A stretch of 64,000 nucleotides of DNA from positions 81,404-145,403 of the forward strand of contig CALSNB010000001.1 of assembly GCA_943787605.1 (NCBI GenBank), read 5' to 3'. Below the pieces are notes generated by a model. That model worked only from the letters and a program-made list of their open reading frames with translations, made no database searches and was not told the DNA's origin. This stretch comes from an uncultured Rhodobacteraceae bacterium. Its GTDB lineage: Bacteria > Pseudomonadota > Alphaproteobacteria > Rhodobacterales > Rhodobacteraceae. The position numbers were made by a program, and so were the translations under genes. Shown here in pieces: positions 59,626 to 64,000 of this stretch; position 1 is the first letter of the stretch; every line of letters begins with the position of its first letter.

Positions 59626-60249
59626 ATGGCCAAAATTGAATATTTTTATGCTGCATACTCAGGTTATGCATACCTAGGTTCAAAAAAATTTATGGAAATA
59701 ACAGCGCAAGGTGACCACACCATAAATCATAAGCCATTTGATCTTCGCGTCAGCATGGATGCAATTGGGGGACAACCTTTGCGTGAACGAACTGAAGATA
59801 ATTTAGAATACTTCTTTGGTCGAGAATTGGAGCGCTGGTCGGAGTTTAGGGATGCACCAATTTTGAAACGTTCTCCAACCTACCACGGCAATTCAATAAC
59901 TCCCTCCAATACTATGCTTATAGCAGCTTTGGTTAAAGGGATTAATATCGATAAGTTCGCACATGAAATGATGGAGCAACACTGGGCCCATGATTGTGAC
60001 CTAGCTAATGTCAATACTCTTGCAAGTATAGCTCGTCAGGTGGGGATTGATCCATCTCCACTATTAGAAATCGCGAGTTCGCAGGAGGTTCTTAAAATCT
60101 ATGAGGAAAATACAAGAGAGGCTATAAAAAGATCAGTTTTTGGATCACCTACATATTTTATTGATGGAGATATGTTTTATGGTCAGGACCATTTAGAGTT
60201 AGTCGAGCGCGCTTTAATAGAGCCCTTTAGCCAACGAATACAAAAGTAA
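59626..60249 (+). CDS. 2-hydroxychromene-2-carboxylate isomerase-family (DsbA-like) protein
   Basis: N-terminal EYFYAAYSGYAYLG and C-terminal VFGSPTYFIDGDMFYGQD. Confidence 0.8.
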   Translation: MAKIEYFYAAYSGYAYLGSKKFMEITAQGDHTINHKPFDLRVSMDAIGGQPLRERTEDNLEYFFGRELERWSEFRDAPILKRSPTYHGNSITPSNTMLIAALVKGINIDKFAHEMMEQHWAHDCDLANVNTLASIARQVGIDPSPLLEIASSQEVLKIYEENTREAIKRSVFGSPTYFIDGDMFYGQDHLELVERALIEPFSQRIQK

Positions 60250-60327
60250 CCTTTTATAGGAAATCAGAATAATAAAACAAAGTAAGTTAGTCTGATACCT
60301 CTGCAACTGAACTCAAACAACTATATA

Positions 60328-60702
60328 TTATTTGAAAACCTTTCGTGCGACGCGAAAGCACTCGAGAGCTTGCGGCACACCACAATAAATAGCAATGACG
60401 TGAATTATAGCTCGTACCTCTTCTTTACTGACACCGTTATTTAATGCGCCTTTGCAGTGTAGTTCCCATTCAGTCATCTTACCCAAAGCGCCGATCATCG
60501 ATAAGTTCATCATACTTCTTGTTTTTGCATCAATTACTTCGTCTCCCCAACCAAAACCCCAACACCAAGCTGTCATGGCCTCTTGGAACGGACGAGTGAA
60601 TTCATCTGCATCAGCTAAGTTTTTTTCAACATACTCCGCGCCTAGTGTATCTTTTCGCTTTTGAAGGCCTTTAAGAAATAGATCTTCGTCAAAACTACTC
60701 AT
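60328..60702 (-). CDS. carboxymuconolactone decarboxylase (CMD/PcaC-like) family protein
   Basis: 124 aa with ...WGDEVIDAKTRSM...ELHCKGALNNGVSKEE...IAIYCGVP. Confidence 0.85.
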   Translation of the reverse strand: MSSFDEDLFLKGLQKRKDTLGAEYVEKNLADADEFTRPFQEAMTAWCWGFGWGDEVIDAKTRSMMNLSMIGALGKMTEWELHCKGALNNGVSKEEVRAIIHVIAIYCGVPQALECFRVARKVFK

Positions 60703-60785
60703 TGGTTCTCCTTTTCTTTTTAGATATCTCTTTTTTATTTAATTAATTCCAACTTTGAAAAAAATTACTTGATAAAAATGTTCGG

Positions 60786-61466
60786 CTATAAAATAGGTAC
60801 TTTTATAACGCCGAGCACCATTAGCCCATCAACAATAAATTGAACAGAGAGACCCGCCAAGATTATTGCGGTGACGCGAGAAAATACATTTGATAGGCGT
60901 GCATCAATCATATTTTCTGCAAGACCGGTGAGTGCTAAGATAGCTCCTGTTGCAAGCATTACTGCTAGCAAGGCAGCGTAACCAGTTAATATCATAGTGA
61001 AGCTACTGTTAAAGTCTGCAGATATTACCATTACAGAGGTGACTGCAGCTGGCCCAGCGAGGAGGGGGATTGCGAGAGGGAAAATGGCAACGCTTTCTTG
61101 ATCCTTATCCTGAGGATTCGCAGCTGATGCCTTAAATAGACCTTTTTCGAGGCTTTGATTGGTGGTCTCAATTTTTTTTCGTGTTTGACGTTTGCTGTTC
61201 AACATTTCCCAAGCGACTAAAAATAATATTAAACCTCCAGCAATTTTGAATGCTGGCTCACCAATCTTTAAATAATGCAAAACCCAGGATCCACATATTG
61301 CAAAAAAAAGCATTATCAAAGTTGCGACAATCGTGGCTTCAATAGCAGTTCGAACTTTGCCAGATCTATCTTGATGTCCAGTTACGGCTACAAAAATTGG
61401 TGCCGTTCCAATTGGATCAATAACAACAAAATAAACAATAAAGGCAGTAAGAAAGCTCTCAATCAT
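60786..61466 (-). CDS. MarC-family (UPF0056) integral membrane protein
   Basis: The start at ATG 61466 gives MIESFLTAFIVYFVVIDPIGTAPIF, the typical MarC N-terminus. The track ORF extends to 61514. Confidence 0.8.
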   Translation of the reverse strand: MIESFLTAFIVYFVVIDPIGTAPIFVAVTGHQDRSGKVRTAIEATIVATLIMLFFAICGSWVLHYLKIGEPAFKIAGGLILFLVAWEMLNSKRQTRKKIETTNQSLEKGLFKASAANPQDKDQESVAIFPLAIPLLAGPAAVTSVMVISADFNSSFTMILTGYAALLAVMLATGAILALTGLAENMIDARLSNVFSRVTAIILAGLSVQFIVDGLMVLGVIKVPIL

Positions 61467-61701
61467 ATAGGGATTCCATGCAAGAATAAGGTTAATATGT
61501 ACCTTAATAGGCAATATTATTTAATAATCTTAAACTTTTTTTTTACTAGCGGCAAGCTATTCCATATGCCACTTCTGACTAGTCAAGAAATACTTTAAGG
61601 TAGTTTAAATTTCGTAGTTCTATTAATATTTATTTTTTATCGACTAAAGATAAATTATAGAGTTTTATGGGTACTTAAAATTTAATAAAGAGAGGGGTTG
61701 T

Positions 61702-63591
61702 ATGCAATATCATCTTAACGGGTATAGTTCGGGCGACCCCAATTCCTTTCAAACAGACAGTCAGCGTCCAGAGCCTAAAGAGTTACCAGAAGAAGTTGAC
61801 GTTTTGATAATTGGCTGTGGTCCAGCTGGATTAACGCTTGCAGCCCAATTAGCACAGTTTTCGGAAATAAAAACTTGTATTATTGATCAAAAACCCGGAC
61901 CCTTAAAAATCGGACAGGCAGATGGGATAGCATGTCGCACTGTGGAAATGTTTGAAGCTTTTGGGTTCTCTGAAAAAGTGCTTAAAGAGTCTTACTGGGT
62001 AAATGAAACAACATTTTGGAAGCCAAAAATAGGTGAATCTGTTGGTATTACCCGGAGTAGCAAAATCCGGGATACTGAAGCGGGACTCTCTGAATACCCA
62101 CATGTGATTTTGAATCAGGCACGAGTTCATGATTTTTATCTTGAAATGATGTATAATGGTGCTTCTCAAGTAGTTCCTTTTTATGGACAGGAGTTGTTAG
62201 ATTTAAAAATAGATCGATCAAAAGATTTACCTGTAACGGTGATATTAAAAAGCACGGATACTAGAACCCCTGCTAGCCATAAAAATGTTCGAGCGCGGTT
62301 TGTCGTTGGGTGTGACGGCGCGCGTAGTTCTGTACGCAAGTCACTTGGACGAGAGCTTTATGGAGATTCTGCTAATAAGGCATGGGGCGTTATGGATGTT
62401 TTGGCTACTACTAACTTCCCTGATATTCGACTGAAGTCTGTGGTACACTCAGCATCTGAGGGAAGCTTATTAATTATTCCGCGTGAGGGGGGGTATATGA
62501 CTCGCCTTTATATTGAGATGGATAATCTTAAAAATAATGAACGTGTTTCGGCTCGGAATTTAACTTCTGACCGACTTATAGAGGTCGCAAACCTTATACT
62601 TACTCCCTATAAACTGGATGTAAGAGAAGTTGTGTGGTGGTCTGTTTATGAAATTGGTCAACGGCTCTGTGATAAATTTGATGATTTGCCAGATGAAAGT
62701 GTGAATAATCCATGCGTCTTTATTGCGGGGGATGCTTGCCATACTCATAGTCCTAAAGCGGGTCTTGGAATGAATGTTTCAATGGGTGATACTTTTAATT
62801 TAGGGTGGAAGCTTGCCTCTGTCTTGAGAGGACAGTGTTACCCAAAGCTGTTGCATACTTACTCAGTTGAAAGACATGATGTAGCAAAAGAGTTGATAGA
62901 TTTTGATCGAAAATTTGCAGATATGTTTAGTGTGCAACCAAAAGGCAAAATGGATCCTGCTGGGTCAAGTCCAGAGGAGTTTAAGCAGTATTTTATTAAA
63001 AAAGGTCGTTTTACAGCTGGAACTGAGGTGTGCTATAATCCCTCAATAATAACAGGAAAACCCATTCACCAAAAATTGGCGACAGGATTTCAGATTGGGA
63101 GGCGGTTTCATTCTGCTCCCGTTATTCGCTTGGCAGACGCGAAATCGGTTGAGCTGGGTCATGTTGTGAAAGCAGATGGTCGCTGGCGTTTGTTTATTTT
63201 TTCAAATCTTTCAAGACTTAATGACTTATGTGAGTTTCTTATAAGTGACCCATCTTCACCTTTAATTAACTATACCCCAAAAGGACTCGATATCGACTCG
63301 TCGATAGACGTTAGAGCTGTGTTGCCTAATGGGCATCGAGATATTGATATCATGGATGTTCCGTCACTATTAAGGCCATCAAAAGGGCGATATGGGCTTA
63401 CTGATTACGAAAAAGTGTTTTGTACAAGCTTAAATGCTGGTTTGGATATTTTTGATTTACGAAGTATTGATAAAATTAAAGGTTGCATAGTTATTGTTCG
63501 CCCAGACCAGCATGTGGCTAATATTTTACCAGTTGAAGATTATGGGGCATTAGCAAAATTTTTTGAAAAGTTTATGATACATCAGGTTTGA
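61702..63591 (+). CDS. FAD-dependent aromatic-ring hydroxylase, phenol 2-monooxygenase-like with C-terminal thioredoxin-like domain
   Basis: VLIIGCGPAGL (FAD ADP-binding site), GCDGARSSVR, GDACHTHSPKAGLGMN, and a length of 629 aa. Confidence 0.85.
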   Translation: MQYHLNGYSSGDPNSFQTDSQRPEPKELPEEVDVLIIGCGPAGLTLAAQLAQFSEIKTCIIDQKPGPLKIGQADGIACRTVEMFEAFGFSEKVLKESYWVNETTFWKPKIGESVGITRSSKIRDTEAGLSEYPHVILNQARVHDFYLEMMYNGASQVVPFYGQELLDLKIDRSKDLPVTVILKSTDTRTPASHKNVRARFVVGCDGARSSVRKSLGRELYGDSANKAWGVMDVLATTNFPDIRLKSVVHSASEGSLLIIPREGGYMTRLYIEMDNLKNNERVSARNLTSDRLIEVANLILTPYKLDVREVVWWSVYEIGQRLCDKFDDLPDESVNNPCVFIAGDACHTHSPKAGLGMNVSMGDTFNLGWKLASVLRGQCYPKLLHTYSVERHDVAKELIDFDRKFADMFSVQPKGKMDPAGSSPEEFKQYFIKKGRFTAGTEVCYNPSIITGKPIHQKLATGFQIGRRFHSAPVIRLADAKSVELGHVVKADGRWRLFIFSNLSRLNDLCEFLISDPSSPLINYTPKGLDIDSSIDVRAVLPNGHRDIDIMDVPSLLRPSKGRYGLTDYEKVFCTSLNAGLDIFDLRSIDKIKGCIVIVRPDQHVANILPVEDYGALAKFFEKFMIHQV

Positions 63592-63664
63592 TTTCCTTTT
63601 ACTCAAATAGGTTAGTCCTGTAAGACCCTAGTTAAGTATATAGAAATATAAGAAAGGAGAATGG

Positions 63665-63994
63665 ATGAATATATTTAAGAAATTCAATGAGGCTTTCAAT
63701 TCGGGTGATGTCGAGAAAGCTGCTGAATGTTTTCATGAGGATATACAAATGATTATGCACTCAGATGGTAGCGTTATGACTAAGAACGAATGGATCAAAA
63801 GAGTTGGCCCAATGATGGGTAAGTTAAAAAGAGATAAAGTCAGGTGTATTTTTGAAAATGAACATATATTAGTCACCCATTTTTTTGGAACTTTTCCTAA
63901 TGGAAGCCAAGACGCGATTATGTGGGTAGGGCTCAAAAAGGATGACCTGATATATAGAGTTGAAACGGGATCAACTCCGATAAACCTTACTTAA
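63665..63994 (+). CDS. small NTF2/SnoaL-like protein
   Basis: AAAGGAGAA ribosome-binding site. 109 aa with FNEAFNSGDVEKAAECFHEDI, typical of NTF2-like (DUF4440/SnoaL_2-type) proteins. Confidence 0.55.
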   Translation: MNIFKKFNEAFNSGDVEKAAECFHEDIQMIMHSDGSVMTKNEWIKRVGPMMGKLKRDKVRCIFENEHILVTHFFGTFPNGSQDAIMWVGLKKDDLIYRVETGSTPINLT

Positions 63995-64000
63995 AAAAAT

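Noticed and set aside
1-64000. Search for tRNA/rRNA genes, CRISPR arrays, transposases, integrases, toxin-antitoxin pairs or known defence genes
   Set aside because: No candidate was seen by eye on either strand. The only repeat of note is the 29-bp tandem duplication at 20121-20178. A formal tRNAscan, Infernal or defence-finder run could still reveal something I missed.

Overview
Visibly AT-rich, gene-dense 64 kb window (about 60 genes) that looks like chromosome of a marine heterotrophic proteobacterium. An alphaproteobacterial or Roseobacter-like origin is a guess from gene content and cannot be verified here. I saw no rRNA, tRNA, CRISPR array, transposase, integrase or phage gene. Content from left to right: (1) a TRAP transporter flanked by two paralogous TauD/TfdA dioxygenases. 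(2) A translationally coupled LuxE-like/LuxC-like carboxylate reductase pair directly upstream of a blue-tuned (Gln at the tuning site) proteorhodopsin with a strong terminator; no retinal or carotenoid genes occur anywhere in the window. (3) Small-molecule catabolic genes: threonine aldolase, LysE exporter, two arginase-fold ureohydrolases, SDR, HIBADH-like, MmgE/PrpD, PhyH and others. (4) A locus of about 17 kb (24.7-41.7 kb) of unknown substrate. It is built around an 11-gene tightly coupled minus-strand operon: CUT1-type ABC importer, HisD-like dehydrogenase, embedded LacI regulator, bicupin and MetE-like protein. The locus holds five SnoaL/NTF2-fold genes in total (three in the operon), with RraA-like, amidohydrolase_2, RidA and ACC-deaminase/CuyA-like PLP enzyme genes on its flanks. 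(5) A stomatin/NfeD pair. (6) A CueR-type regulator with two 19-bp-spacer MerR-style promoters driving a glutaredoxin-MauE fusion and two cytochromes c. (7) Monomeric isocitrate dehydrogenase, an ABC exporter, rapZ, guanidino-compound enzymes and a phenol-monooxygenase-like flavoprotein. Four genes are visibly disrupted: an M28 peptidase with two compensating frameshifts, a DMT transporter with a 29-bp tandem duplication, a tandem-SnoaL gene and an amidohydrolase with single-nucleotide shifts. The best candidates for something undescribed are the LuxE/LuxC-proteorhodopsin linkage and the SnoaL-rich catabolic locus. All family calls rest on motifs read by eye with no HMM or BLAST, and start codons are approximate. 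CDS coordinates include the stop codon, as in the supplied ORF track.
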